Assembly (NCBI GenBank): GCA_020832905.1
Contig: JAJHRG010000001.1
Span: forward strand, 474,903 to 538,902
Source: Thermoproteota archaeon
GTDB lineage: Archaea > Thermoproteota > Methanomethylicia > Methanomethylicales > Methanomethylicaceae
Direction of reading: 5' to 3'
Length of the DNA stretch: 64,000 nt
In this document: one piece after another, positions 1 through 8,808 of the stretch
Layout: every line of letters starts with the position of its first letter
Position numbering within the stretch: position 1 is the first letter of the stretch
Program-made: the position numbers and the translations under genes
The notes under the pieces: generated by a model
The model's input: the letters and a program-made list of their open reading frames with translations, nothing else
Told to the model about the DNA's origin: nothing
The model's database searches: none

Positions 1-592
1 TAATATTAAAATTTGGTCTAATTTTCTTTATAATTTTCTCAAATACATCAATTATTCTTTCAATTAACTTTTTGTATTTTTTTATTGCATATAATGCTAA
101 TATTAATGATGAAATAATTATAATAGAAATTGTAATTAGAAATAATGCTAATAATAAATTATAATTAATAAGCTTTAATCCACATAATATTATTATAACT
201 CCAAATGTTAATGTTAACATAATTCTATGTAAAATAACAGATGTAGTTGCTTTACCTAATCCTATATTAGCTTTTCTTGCTGTAAGATTAATTCTTACTA
301 CTTCTCCAGAAATAGAAGCTGTAGGTATCATTAAGTCACAGAAGATACTTATTAAAACAATTTCAAAACAATCTCTGAATTTTATACTAGGATTTCCTAA
401 AAATAAATACCAACTTAATGTAAATAATCCAATACATATAATATCAATTAATAATAGTAAAAATAAAGTAGTTTTATCAGCAATAATAATTTCATTAACT
501 AGAGTTTTTAATCCTATGAATTGTAAGTAAATTATGAATATTATTATTCCAATTATTAGCATTAAATTAGTAATACTTATTGGTAGCTTCAT
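1..592 (-). CDS. Polytopic membrane protein, N-terminal part (gene runs off the left edge); UPF0104 'flippase-like' family suspected
   Basis: Absent from the ORF track because no stop lies inside the window. My translation of the minus strand from ATG (592-590) gives MKLPISITNLMLIIGIIIFIIYLQFIGLK...FCDLMIPTASISGEVVRINLTARKANIGLGKATTSVILHRIM... The frame stays open to position 1 and has several hydrophobic helices. The P-x-GE-x2-R loop resembles UPF0104 proteins (recalled, not searched). Confidence 0.45.
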   Translation of the reverse strand, partial: MKLPISITNLMLIIGIIIFIIYLQFIGLKTLVNEIIIADKTTLFLLLLIDIICIGLFTLSWYLFLGNPSIKFRDCFEIVLISIFCDLMIPTASISGEVVRINLTARKANIGLGKATTSVILHRIMLTLTFGVIIILCGLKLINYNLLLALFLITISIIIISSLILALYAIKKYKKLIERIIDVFEKIIKKIRPNFNI

Positions 593-659
593 TACTTTCA
601 CTTTTTTAGCAAAAAATACTTTACTTCCTAAAAAAATATTTTAATTTTTAGGTGAAAAA

Positions 660-1205
660 ATGATAGAAGCAAGTTTATGTGGTTCTAGAGTAATTGTATG
701 GTCTAAAGAAGATAGTGTAAAACTCTATAGTATGGGATATTATGGAAAACCAGTAAATATTAATAAGCCAAAAAGTATATCTGAAATAAATACTTATCTT
801 GAACTTTCACTTTTAGAAGCAAATTATCTTGTTGAAAAGGGAATAATAGTTGTAAAAGATAACAATAGAATATTAACAAAAGAAGAACTATTTGAATTTT
901 CAAAAAAGCATTATCGTCTTTTCAAAGAATTATATGAAGTTTATAAGGACTTAAGAGAAAAAGGATATATTGTAAGATCAGGTCTAAAATTTGGAGCTAA
1001 TTTTGCAGTATACAAATATGGTCCTGGTATTGATCATGCTCCTTTTATAGTTCATGTAATTCCAAATTCTGCTGAAATAGATCCAATAGAAATAATTAGA
1101 GCAGGTCGTCTTTCACATACAGTAAGAAAAAAATTCATATTAGCTACATTAGATGAAACTCATAAGAAAGTAATATATTATATGTTTGATTGGTGGAAAG
1201 CTTAG
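660..1205 (+). CDS. endA: tRNA-splicing endonuclease, catalytic subunit
   Basis: 181 aa. The C-terminal catalytic domain 'RSGLKFGANFAVYKYGPGIDHAPFIVHV' is typical of archaeal EndA. TAG stop is followed directly by TAA. Confidence 0.9.
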   Translation: MIEASLCGSRVIVWSKEDSVKLYSMGYYGKPVNINKPKSISEINTYLELSLLEANYLVEKGIIVVKDNNRILTKEELFEFSKKHYRLFKELYEVYKDLREKGYIVRSGLKFGANFAVYKYGPGIDHAPFIVHVIPNSAEIDPIEIIRAGRLSHTVRKKFILATLDETHKKVIYYMFDWWKA

Positions 1206-2095
1206 TAAATTGGAATTCCATTTTTTGGATCTGTAACATACTTCTTAAATTCTTCAATAATAAATTTAGTAATTTTTCCAGGTTTACCATCTCCTATTTT
1301 TCTACCACTTACCTCTACTATTGGAACTATTTCTGCTCCAGTACCTGTAAAAAATGCCTCATTAGCATTAAATAATTCATGTACTGTAATTAATTTTTCT
1401 CTTACATTTATACCATTTTTTTTAGCAATTTCCATAACAACTTGTCTAGTAATTCCAGGAAGTGCTCCAGTATATGTTGGAGGTGTTAAAAGCTCATCAT
1501 TAATTACTAAGAATATATTTTCTCCAGGTCCTTCACATACATATCCATCAGTAGTTAATATTATTGCTTCATCAGCATTAAAGACATTAGCTTCAATTTT
1601 TGCTAATATACTATTCAAATAATTAAGAGATTTAATTTCATGTGATGTAGCATCTATTCTATCTCTTCTTATCCAGCTAATGATTACTCTTGCTCCTCTT
1701 TCATATACTTCTTTTGGTAATACTTCAATTTTTTCAGTTATTATAATTATATTTGGTTTTTTACATTTTCTTGGATCTAATCCTAAATCTCCTTCTCCTC
1801 TTGTAACAATAACTCTAATATAAGCATCTTTTAAAGAATTTACTCTTAATGTTTCTATTATTGCTTTAATCATTTCTTCTTTGCTTATTGGTATTTTTAG
1901 CATTATGCTATGAGCAGATGCATAAAGTCTATCTATATGTTCTTTTAGTTTAAATACATATCCATTATATGCTCTTATTCCTTCAAATACACCATCACCA
2001 TAGAGAAATCCATGATCAAAAACAGATATACAAGCTTTTGATTTCTCAACAAAATTACCATTTATATAAACCAATGGTTCTTTCATTTTTCTCAC
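1202..2095 (-). CDS. ilvE: Branched-chain amino acid aminotransferase (class IV PLP enzyme)
   Basis: 297 aa with 'FDHGFLYGDGVFEGIRAY', 'EGPGENIF' and 'GALPGITR' motifs. Its 3' end overlaps endA by 4 nt (convergent). Confidence 0.9.
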   Translation of the reverse strand: MRKMKEPLVYINGNFVEKSKACISVFDHGFLYGDGVFEGIRAYNGYVFKLKEHIDRLYASAHSIMLKIPISKEEMIKAIIETLRVNSLKDAYIRVIVTRGEGDLGLDPRKCKKPNIIIITEKIEVLPKEVYERGARVIISWIRRDRIDATSHEIKSLNYLNSILAKIEANVFNADEAIILTTDGYVCEGPGENIFLVINDELLTPPTYTGALPGITRQVVMEIAKKNGINVREKLITVHELFNANEAFFTGTGAEIVPIVEVSGRKIGDGKPGKITKFIIEEFKKYVTDPKNGIPIY

Positions 2096-2146
2096 CTTTA
2101 AGACTAAAGATTTATAGATTTTTTATATTTTAATTTTTCTAATTTT

Positions 2147-2165
2147 AAAACGTTAATTATAAAAG
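2147..2165 (+). promoter_or_regulatory. Putative BRE/TATA promoter element for the 2201 operon
   Basis: 'AAAACGTTAATTATAAAAG' lies about 37-55 nt upstream of the TTG start at 2201. An AGAGGGG Shine-Dalgarno sits at about 2188-2194. A similar AACGTTATAA element precedes cstA. Confidence 0.3.
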
Positions 2166-2200
2166 TTTGTCTTCTCTAATACTATTAAGAGGGGAATGAT

Positions 2201-3763
2201 TTGAGCGATCCAGTTTTAAAAGAACTTGAAGCAATCGTAGGCCCTGATAATGTCATATCAGATCCAGCAAGAATTTTTGCTGAAGTCTATGATGCATGGC
2301 TTCAAATATTTCCAGGAAAACCTCCAAAAATGCCAAAATATATTGTTAGACCAGCAAATGAATTTGAAGTACAAGATATTGTATTAATGGCAAATAGATA
2401 TAAAATACCAATACAAGTAGCAAGTAATTATAGCTATAAACTTCCATGCTATGGTGGTATATTACTTCAAACAGTAAGAATGAATAGAATACATGAAGTA
2501 AATGTTGATGAAGGATATGCTGTTATTGATGCTGGTGTTACTTTTAATCAATTCTATAGATATTTAAGATCAAGAAATATAGATCTTACTATTCCTACAA
2601 CAACAGCTCCTCCAAATACTTCAATTGTTGCTAATTTCTTATTCAAAGGAATTGGAATGAGTATGACATCAATAAGTGATGGAAATCAAGAAGCAATAAT
2701 GGCTTTAGAAGTTGTATTACCTACTGGTGAAATAGTACATACAGGATCATGGGCTCTTCAAACTGCCTCATGTAAATATACATTTGATTTAGGATTTGGT
2801 CCTCAATTATCAAGAATATTTGTAGGTGCTTTAGGAACATTAGGTATTGTTACAAAAGCAGCAATAAAGCTTTGGCCAAAGCCAAAAGCATTAACTGTTA
2901 AGTTCCTAGGTATGAAAAAATGTGAAGATCTTGCAAAACATCTAAGTAAGATAATGTATACAAAGCTTGCTCCAAATAGTTCAGGAGGTCATTGGTTATT
3001 ACTTGTCTTACATGCTACAAACTTAGCTCCATATTGGGGATTTGAACAAAATAAGAAATTATATCAAATAACAGATGAAGATATTGTGAAGATGAGAGAA
3101 TACTATGGATTCCCTGGAGATGGTACACAATACTTCTATATTCTTGCATGTACACCTCATTATCAATCTGAAGATGAAGCAAAATTATGGGAAAAACTAT
3201 GGTCAAATTACATATCATCAAATCCTGAAATAATAGAACTTACAGAAGATAATTGTCCTGGCTTAAAGTTTGGAGAAATAGAAGCTTCTATTAAGATGTA
3301 TGGAGGAATTGGTGAAGGAGAACCAGGAAATCAACGTATAAGATATTGTGGATGGACTCCTGGACACATATGGAGCTTTTATGGTAGTGTTGGAAATAAA
3401 GCTCTTCCAAAACTTCATGAAATAACTTGGAATACTGGAAGAAAGTATGGATTAATTCCTGCATTACATGTTATAGGTATAAATGAAGGAAGAGTATCAC
3501 ATGTAAGATATATGGTACCAATAGAACGTGGTGATGATGAAGGTATAAGAAGATATGCAGGATTCTTCAGTGAAGTTATTCCAAGAGTTATTCGTGAAGG
3601 AGGATTTGTACCTGCTAGATGCTTTGGTTTAGGAGCTAAAATTGTTTCACAACACATGGATCCTGGCTTCTTTGAATTATATCGTAGAATAAAGAAGGCA
3701 CTAGATCCAAATAATATAATGGCTCCTTGGTTAGGTTTTAATATACCATTTGAATATGAGTAG
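2201..3763 (+). CDS. FAD-linked oxidase/dehydrogenase, GlcD/D-lactate dehydrogenase-like (divergent), copy A
   Basis: 520 aa, TTG start. It has the layout of a VAO/PCMH FAD-binding domain ('PKYIVRPANEFEVQDIVLMANRYKIPIQV', 'AVIDAGVTF', 'GTLGIVTKAAIKL') and a C-terminal 'LDPNNIMAP' typical of the GlcD family. The canonical GGGTS loop is not conserved. Confidence 0.8.
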   Translation: MSDPVLKELEAIVGPDNVISDPARIFAEVYDAWLQIFPGKPPKMPKYIVRPANEFEVQDIVLMANRYKIPIQVASNYSYKLPCYGGILLQTVRMNRIHEVNVDEGYAVIDAGVTFNQFYRYLRSRNIDLTIPTTTAPPNTSIVANFLFKGIGMSMTSISDGNQEAIMALEVVLPTGEIVHTGSWALQTASCKYTFDLGFGPQLSRIFVGALGTLGIVTKAAIKLWPKPKALTVKFLGMKKCEDLAKHLSKIMYTKLAPNSSGGHWLLLVLHATNLAPYWGFEQNKKLYQITDEDIVKMREYYGFPGDGTQYFYILACTPHYQSEDEAKLWEKLWSNYISSNPEIIELTEDNCPGLKFGEIEASIKMYGGIGEGEPGNQRIRYCGWTPGHIWSFYGSVGNKALPKLHEITWNTGRKYGLIPALHVIGINEGRVSHVRYMVPIERGDDEGIRRYAGFFSEVIPRVIREGGFVPARCFGLGAKIVSQHMDPGFFELYRRIKKALDPNNIMAPWLGFNIPFEYE

Positions 3764-3772
3764 GTGATAAAT

Positions 3773-5077
3773 ATGGGAGAGGTTGAAAGAAAAATTCCAT
3801 TTATGATTCATAAAAATATAGAATTTGTACCATTTATTAGTCATGCAAGTTTTGATAAAACTCCAAGAGAATGGGTAAACATAAAGTTTCCAAAAGATGA
3901 TGAATATCCAGATTTAGCAGTAGCAAAATTTGAAGCAATAAGATGTTGGGCTTGTGGACAATGTGAACTTTCCTATATGGCAAATTGGGCAATGAACTGT
4001 CCATCTGCTACTTTTCCAGCAAATTATAGAAAAGCAGCATATAGAGGTCAAGGAAAGCATATGATTGTCTTAGGTTTATTACAAGGATTTATAGAACCAT
4101 CACCTGAAATTGTTCATGTTGCTTACTTCTGTAATCTATGTGGAAATTGTACAATTCAATGCAGTATGGGTATTGGAAGTGATCCTGTTATTTCAGCAAT
4201 GGCTTTAAGAAGAATGCTTGTTAAACTTGGAATGGGACCACTTCCTGCTCATAAACGTTTTGCAGAATATATTAAGAAATATCATAATCCTTATGGAGAA
4301 CCTCATGAAAATAGATTTGCTTGGTTAAAGAAGAAAATTGAAAAGAAAAAAGCAGATATTGTATATTTTGCAGGATGTACAGGTCCATATAGAACTCCTG
4401 AAGTATGTGAAGCAACAGTTAATCTATTAGAATTAGCAAATGCAGATTTTACAGTATTATATGGAGATGAATGGTGTTGTGGATCTCCATTATATATGGT
4501 TGGATTATGGGAAGAAGCAAAAGAAACATTAGAACATGATATATCAGTAATAGAAAGCTTAGGTGCCTCTAAAGTAATTACATCTTGTGCTGGTTGCTTT
4601 AGACAACTTCATGAAGGATATAAAAAATTAGGAATATCAAAACCATCATTTGAAGTATTACATTCATCTCAATTATTTGCAGAATATTTAAACTCAGGTA
4701 AATTAAAACCAAAATCAACTCCAACTGATAAAGTAGTTACATATCATGATCCATGTCATTTAGGAAGACATGTTGGTGTATTTGATGAGCCAAGAGAAGT
4801 ACTTGCTAATATTCCAGGATTAAAATTCATTGAATTTGAAAGAACTGCTCATAATGCATGGTGTTGTGGTGCTGGAGCTGGTGTAATGTCAGGATTTCCT
4901 GAATTAGCAAGATTTGCAGCAAGTGAAAGATTAAAAGAAGCAAAAGGAATAGGTGCAAACTATGTATCAAGTGCATGTCCATTCTGTGAATTAAATCTTA
5001 AAAGAACTGAAGATGCTATGAAATTTGGTATAGAAATTGGAGATATATTATTACTATTAGAAAAATCATTAAGGTGA
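3773..5077 (+). CDS. Fe-S oxidoreductase with two CCG cysteine-rich domains (GlcF/HdrD-like), copy A
   Basis: Ferredoxin-type 'CWACGQC...NCP' and 'CNLCGNCTIQC', then 'WCCGSPL' and 'WCCGAGAG' CCG-type motifs plus 'YHDPCHLGR'. The track start 3764 (GTG) is replaced by ATG 3773, which follows a GGTGAT Shine-Dalgarno overlapping the upstream stop. Confidence 0.8.
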   Translation: MGEVERKIPFMIHKNIEFVPFISHASFDKTPREWVNIKFPKDDEYPDLAVAKFEAIRCWACGQCELSYMANWAMNCPSATFPANYRKAAYRGQGKHMIVLGLLQGFIEPSPEIVHVAYFCNLCGNCTIQCSMGIGSDPVISAMALRRMLVKLGMGPLPAHKRFAEYIKKYHNPYGEPHENRFAWLKKKIEKKKADIVYFAGCTGPYRTPEVCEATVNLLELANADFTVLYGDEWCCGSPLYMVGLWEEAKETLEHDISVIESLGASKVITSCAGCFRQLHEGYKKLGISKPSFEVLHSSQLFAEYLNSGKLKPKSTPTDKVVTYHDPCHLGRHVGVFDEPREVLANIPGLKFIEFERTAHNAWCCGAGAGVMSGFPELARFAASERLKEAKGIGANYVSSACPFCELNLKRTEDAMKFGIEIGDILLLLEKSLR

Positions 5078-5082
5078 TAATC

Positions 5083-5238
5083 TTGGGATTTGAATATAAT
5101 ATGCAATGTAGAGATTGTAGACATAAATGGTCTTCTAATAAAATTTCATCATCTATAAAATGTCCAAAATGTGGTTCACATAATGTAAGATTACTTCCTT
5201 CAAGTAACTTTAAAACATTTATTGCACCATATGCATAA
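5083..5238 (+). CDS. Small zinc-ribbon protein (about 45-51 aa), not in ORF track
   Basis: My translation from ATG 5101 is MQCRDCRHKWSSNKISSSIKCPKCGSHNVRLLPSSNFKTFIAPYA, with a CxxC...CxxC pair. An in-frame TTG at 5083 lies 5 nt after an AGGTGA Shine-Dalgarno that overlaps the stop of the preceding gene. Confidence 0.4.
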   Translation: MGFEYNMQCRDCRHKWSSNKISSSIKCPKCGSHNVRLLPSSNFKTFIAPYA

Positions 5239-5252
5239 TTTTTTTATTTTTT

Positions 5253-6416
5253 TTAAATAATTTTTCCATTATATGATAATTTAAAATGTTTTCCTGATAA
5301 TTCAATAAATCCCATATTTATTAATTCCTTTAATGTTTCTCTATCTTTTATATTATTTAAATTTTCTAGACATTTTTTGTATTTTTCATCTAAGTAAATT
5401 GTACCATTTGTTAGTAATCTTATAATATTTCCACATATGTTATATGTTCTATCATTTTCAGCATTCCATGGATCTATTTCCATTATATCAAGACCAATAA
5501 TATTTACATTTTTTTCAAAAATTAAAAGTAATGCTTTGTAAATTTCTGCTTCTTTTAATCCTTCTACATTTAAAAATTTACTTCCATATAATGCTTTTCT
5601 TGCACCAATATCTATATCAATTGATATGTAAACATTATTACTTAAATATGAAAGAATACTTTTAATAGCTTCTTCTACTCCTAATGAATCTATAATTCTT
5701 CTATGAATTATTTTTATTCCTTCTTTTTCTAATGTCTTATACTGATTAACAAATTCTCTTACTCTTGGATCTTTTATTTTTTCTAATTTTTCAGAAGGAT
5801 AATCTATAGGACCAAATACAATTATCTTTTCTATAATTCCTTCATAAAATAAATGATATAAAAAAGATCCACTATTATAACTGTTCTTCCTACCTATTGG
5901 ACTAAATACATAATCTTTTGCTTTATATCCATATACTTCATAATTTGCCTCATTTTCCATCATGTAACTTATAAGATTATTTCTAATTGGTGATGGAATT
6001 CCATCAAAATGAGAATCAAATACTATTAATGTCATATCATTAAATCTATTAGATAGTTCATCAATTACTCCACCACTCATTGAATGATCAATTCCAATCA
6101 TAAGTGGTTTTTCCATATTCTTAACAAAATCTCTTACTTTACTTCTATATTCTCTACAACCATCAGAATCTAAAAATACTTCAAAATTTATTGGTGTAAG
6201 CATTATTAAATCTTCTTCATCTGGATATATAGATAACCAACTTTCTATAGGTAATTCTCCATAGTACTTAATATCAATTCCTTGAATTTCTTTTAGTTTT
6301 AAAATTACTTCAATTGGATTTTTTGGTTTTTTCCCTGAGATAATACTATTTATTTTTTTATTTATTGAATCACCACCTTCATCAGGATCAAGTAAAACTT
6401 CAAATAATGACCACAT
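5253..6416 (-). CDS. Arginase/agmatinase/formiminoglutamase-fold metallohydrolase (divergent ureohydrolase family), copy A
   Basis: 387 aa. The ureohydrolase metal-ligand pattern is retained: 'IGIDHS' (His), 'FDSHFD' (DxHxD), 'SIDIDIG' (DxD) and 'DIMEIDP'. There is a non-canonical N-terminal region of about 100 aa and a C-terminal extension of about 45 aa. Confidence 0.7.
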   Translation of the reverse strand: MWSLFEVLLDPDEGGDSINKKINSIISGKKPKNPIEVILKLKEIQGIDIKYYGELPIESWLSIYPDEEDLIMLTPINFEVFLDSDGCREYRSKVRDFVKNMEKPLMIGIDHSMSGGVIDELSNRFNDMTLIVFDSHFDGIPSPIRNNLISYMMENEANYEVYGYKAKDYVFSPIGRKNSYNSGSFLYHLFYEGIIEKIIVFGPIDYPSEKLEKIKDPRVREFVNQYKTLEKEGIKIIHRRIIDSLGVEEAIKSILSYLSNNVYISIDIDIGARKALYGSKFLNVEGLKEAEIYKALLLIFEKNVNIIGLDIMEIDPWNAENDRTYNICGNIIRLLTNGTIYLDEKYKKCLENLNNIKDRETLKELINMGFIELSGKHFKLSYNGKII

Positions 6417-6582
6417 TACTTATTACTCTCCATAATACTTATTTTAATATTACTCAATACTAACTATTTAGTTTTTTATTTTTGAATATTTTTTAAATTT
6501 AAGTATAATAAAATTTTAAATGAAATTACTTTAATAATCTTTAAATAATACTTAGACAATATTTATAACTTAGTGAGATAAA

Positions 6583-8451
6583 ATGAAAGGCGGATATATG
6601 GGTAAAATTCTAAGAATAGATCTTACAACTCAGAAAGTTTCAGAATCTCCATTACCTGAAGAATATGTTAAGAAGTACGTTGGTGGAAGAGGAATTGCTG
6701 CAAGAATTCTTTATGATATAATGAAACCTGGTACAGATCCATTCTCTCCAGAAAATAAAATGGTTTGGGGTACTGGACCTCTAACGGGTTTACCTGTTCA
6801 AGCAGCTTCAAGTGGTTGGGTTGTTGTTACAAGATCTCCACTTACTTACACATACTTTAGAAATCGATGTGTAAGTAATTTTGGAATAATGTTAAAGAAA
6901 GCTGGTTATGACTTTATGATAATAGAAGGAAAAGCAGAAAAACCTACTTATATTTACATAAATGATGGTAATGTAGAATTTGGTGATGCTTCTTCTCTTT
7001 GGGGTACTACTACTGATTTAGCTCAACATATACTAAAAGAACATATAATAAGAAATCCAAAAGCAGAAACAGCTGTTATAGGTCCTGCTGGAGAAAGACT
7101 TGTTAGATATGCTATTGTTCAGTCTGGTACAAGACAATTAGGTAGAGGTGGAATAGGTGCAGTAATGGGATCAAAGAACTTAAAAGGAGTTATTGTTTAT
7201 GGAGAGAAATCAATTCCAATAGCTAATGAAGAATTACTTAAAGAACTTGTTAAAGAGCAAGTAAAACAACTTGCTACATCACATGGTGCAAAAAGAATGC
7301 AAAGATATGGAACTGCTGCAATTCATGCTTTAATAAATCAAATTGGAGATTATCCACATAAGAACTTTAGAGAAACATTCTTCCCTGATCATGAAAAATT
7401 AGATGGTGAACAAAGAGTTAAAAGAACAATTAGAAATGCTGGGTGTCCTAATTGTTTAATAATGTGTTGGAAATATACATATGTTAAAGAAGGACCATAT
7501 GCTGGTGCTTGGGTCGATGGTCCTGAATATGAGACCTTCTGGTCTTTTGGTGGTCTATTGGGTATATCCAATCTAGATGCAGTTATATATGCAAATCAAC
7601 TTGCAGATCTCTATGGAATAGATACCATATCTGCAGGAAATTGTATTGCTTTTGCTATGGAACTTTTTGAAAAAGGTATAATAACAAAAAAGGATACTGA
7701 TGGTTTAGAATTAACATGGGGAAATGAAAATGCTTTAATAACTTTAGTTAAGAAAATTGCTTTTAGAGAAGGAATCGGTGATATATTAGCAGAAGGTGTT
7801 AAAAGAGCAGCAGAAAAAATTGGAAAAGGTGCTGAATATTATGCAATGCATATAAAAGGTTTAGAGATGCCTGGTTATGATCCAAGACCTGTAAAAGCAC
7901 ATGGACTCGCAATGGTTACATCAAATATTGGAGGAAGTCATGCTCTTGGCTATGGAACACAAGAAGTATTTGGATTACCCACACCAGTAGATAAGTATAC
8001 TATAGAAGGTAAAGGAAAATTAACAGTATACAATCAAAATAGATTAACATGGGGAGAATGTTGTATATGGTGTACTTTTCCAACAAGATCTGAATGGCAT
8101 AAACCAGATTTACTTACTAAAATAGTTAATGCAGCTACAGGAATAGACTTTGGAGGTTGGGAAGAAGCTCTAAAAATAGGCGAAAGAGTATGGAATGTTG
8201 AAAGAGCATTTAATGTCAGAGAAGGATTTGATAGAAGACATGATACACTACCAGAAAGATTCTTAAAGGAACCTATACCCTCAGGACCAGCAAAAGGTCA
8301 AATATTTGAATTAGAGCCTTTACTAAATGAATACTATCAAGCAAGAGGCTGGGATGTAGCTACTGGTCTACCTACAAGAGCTAAACTAGAAGAACTTGGT
8401 CTTAAGGATATAGCTGATGAACTTGAAAAAATGGGTCGTCTGGCTAAATAA
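6583..8451 (+). CDS. aor: Aldehyde:ferredoxin oxidoreductase family (tungstopterin enzyme)
   Basis: 622 aa with 'GKILRIDLT...GGRGIAARILY', 'GPAGERLVRYA', 'EYETFWSFG' and 'DTISAGNCIAFAMELFEKG', typical of the AOR family. ATG 6598 is an alternative start. Confidence 0.92.
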   Translation: MKGGYMGKILRIDLTTQKVSESPLPEEYVKKYVGGRGIAARILYDIMKPGTDPFSPENKMVWGTGPLTGLPVQAASSGWVVVTRSPLTYTYFRNRCVSNFGIMLKKAGYDFMIIEGKAEKPTYIYINDGNVEFGDASSLWGTTTDLAQHILKEHIIRNPKAETAVIGPAGERLVRYAIVQSGTRQLGRGGIGAVMGSKNLKGVIVYGEKSIPIANEELLKELVKEQVKQLATSHGAKRMQRYGTAAIHALINQIGDYPHKNFRETFFPDHEKLDGEQRVKRTIRNAGCPNCLIMCWKYTYVKEGPYAGAWVDGPEYETFWSFGGLLGISNLDAVIYANQLADLYGIDTISAGNCIAFAMELFEKGIITKKDTDGLELTWGNENALITLVKKIAFREGIGDILAEGVKRAAEKIGKGAEYYAMHIKGLEMPGYDPRPVKAHGLAMVTSNIGGSHALGYGTQEVFGLPTPVDKYTIEGKGKLTVYNQNRLTWGECCIWCTFPTRSEWHKPDLLTKIVNAATGIDFGGWEEALKIGERVWNVERAFNVREGFDRRHDTLPERFLKEPIPSGPAKGQIFELEPLLNEYYQARGWDVATGLPTRAKLEELGLKDIADELEKMGRLAK

Positions 8452-8483
8452 TTTTTATATCCTAGTTTTTTTTATAATTTTTT

Positions 8484-8759
8484 ATGCCGAAAGTAACTAT
8501 TAAATTTTTTCAAGATATTAGAGAACTAACAGGTACTTCATCAACAGAAATAGAAATTGATAATCCAAAATTTCTTAAAGATATTTTAAATGAAATATCA
8601 AATAAATATCAAAAACTAAGAGATGTTTTTAAAAATATTGAAGGAGAAAATAGATCAGTAATAATATTAGTAAATGGAAGAATGCCTACTCCTTTATCAT
8701 CTACAATTATAAAAGGAGGAGAAGAAATTAGTATTCTTCCTATTGTTGAAGGAGGATAA
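8484..8759 (+). CDS. MoaD/ThiS-family ubiquitin-like small protein ending in Gly-Gly
   Basis: 91 aa. The C-terminus is '...EISILPIVEGG' immediately followed by the stop. It lies directly downstream of aor. Confidence 0.8.
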   Translation: MPKVTIKFFQDIRELTGTSSTEIEIDNPKFLKDILNEISNKYQKLRDVFKNIEGENRSVIILVNGRMPTPLSSTIIKGGEEISILPIVEGG

Positions 8760-8808
8760 TTTTTAAAGTTTAAATATTTAAAAAATAATATATTCTTTAG
8801 GGATTTTT

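Noticed and set aside
5083-5238. Small CxxC...CxxC ORF as the missing LysW/ArgW carrier protein.
   Set aside because: It lacks the acidic C-terminal tail ending in a Glu-rich/EDWGE-like sequence that LysW uses for substrate attachment. It is also 25 kb from the lys cluster and coupled to an unrelated gene.
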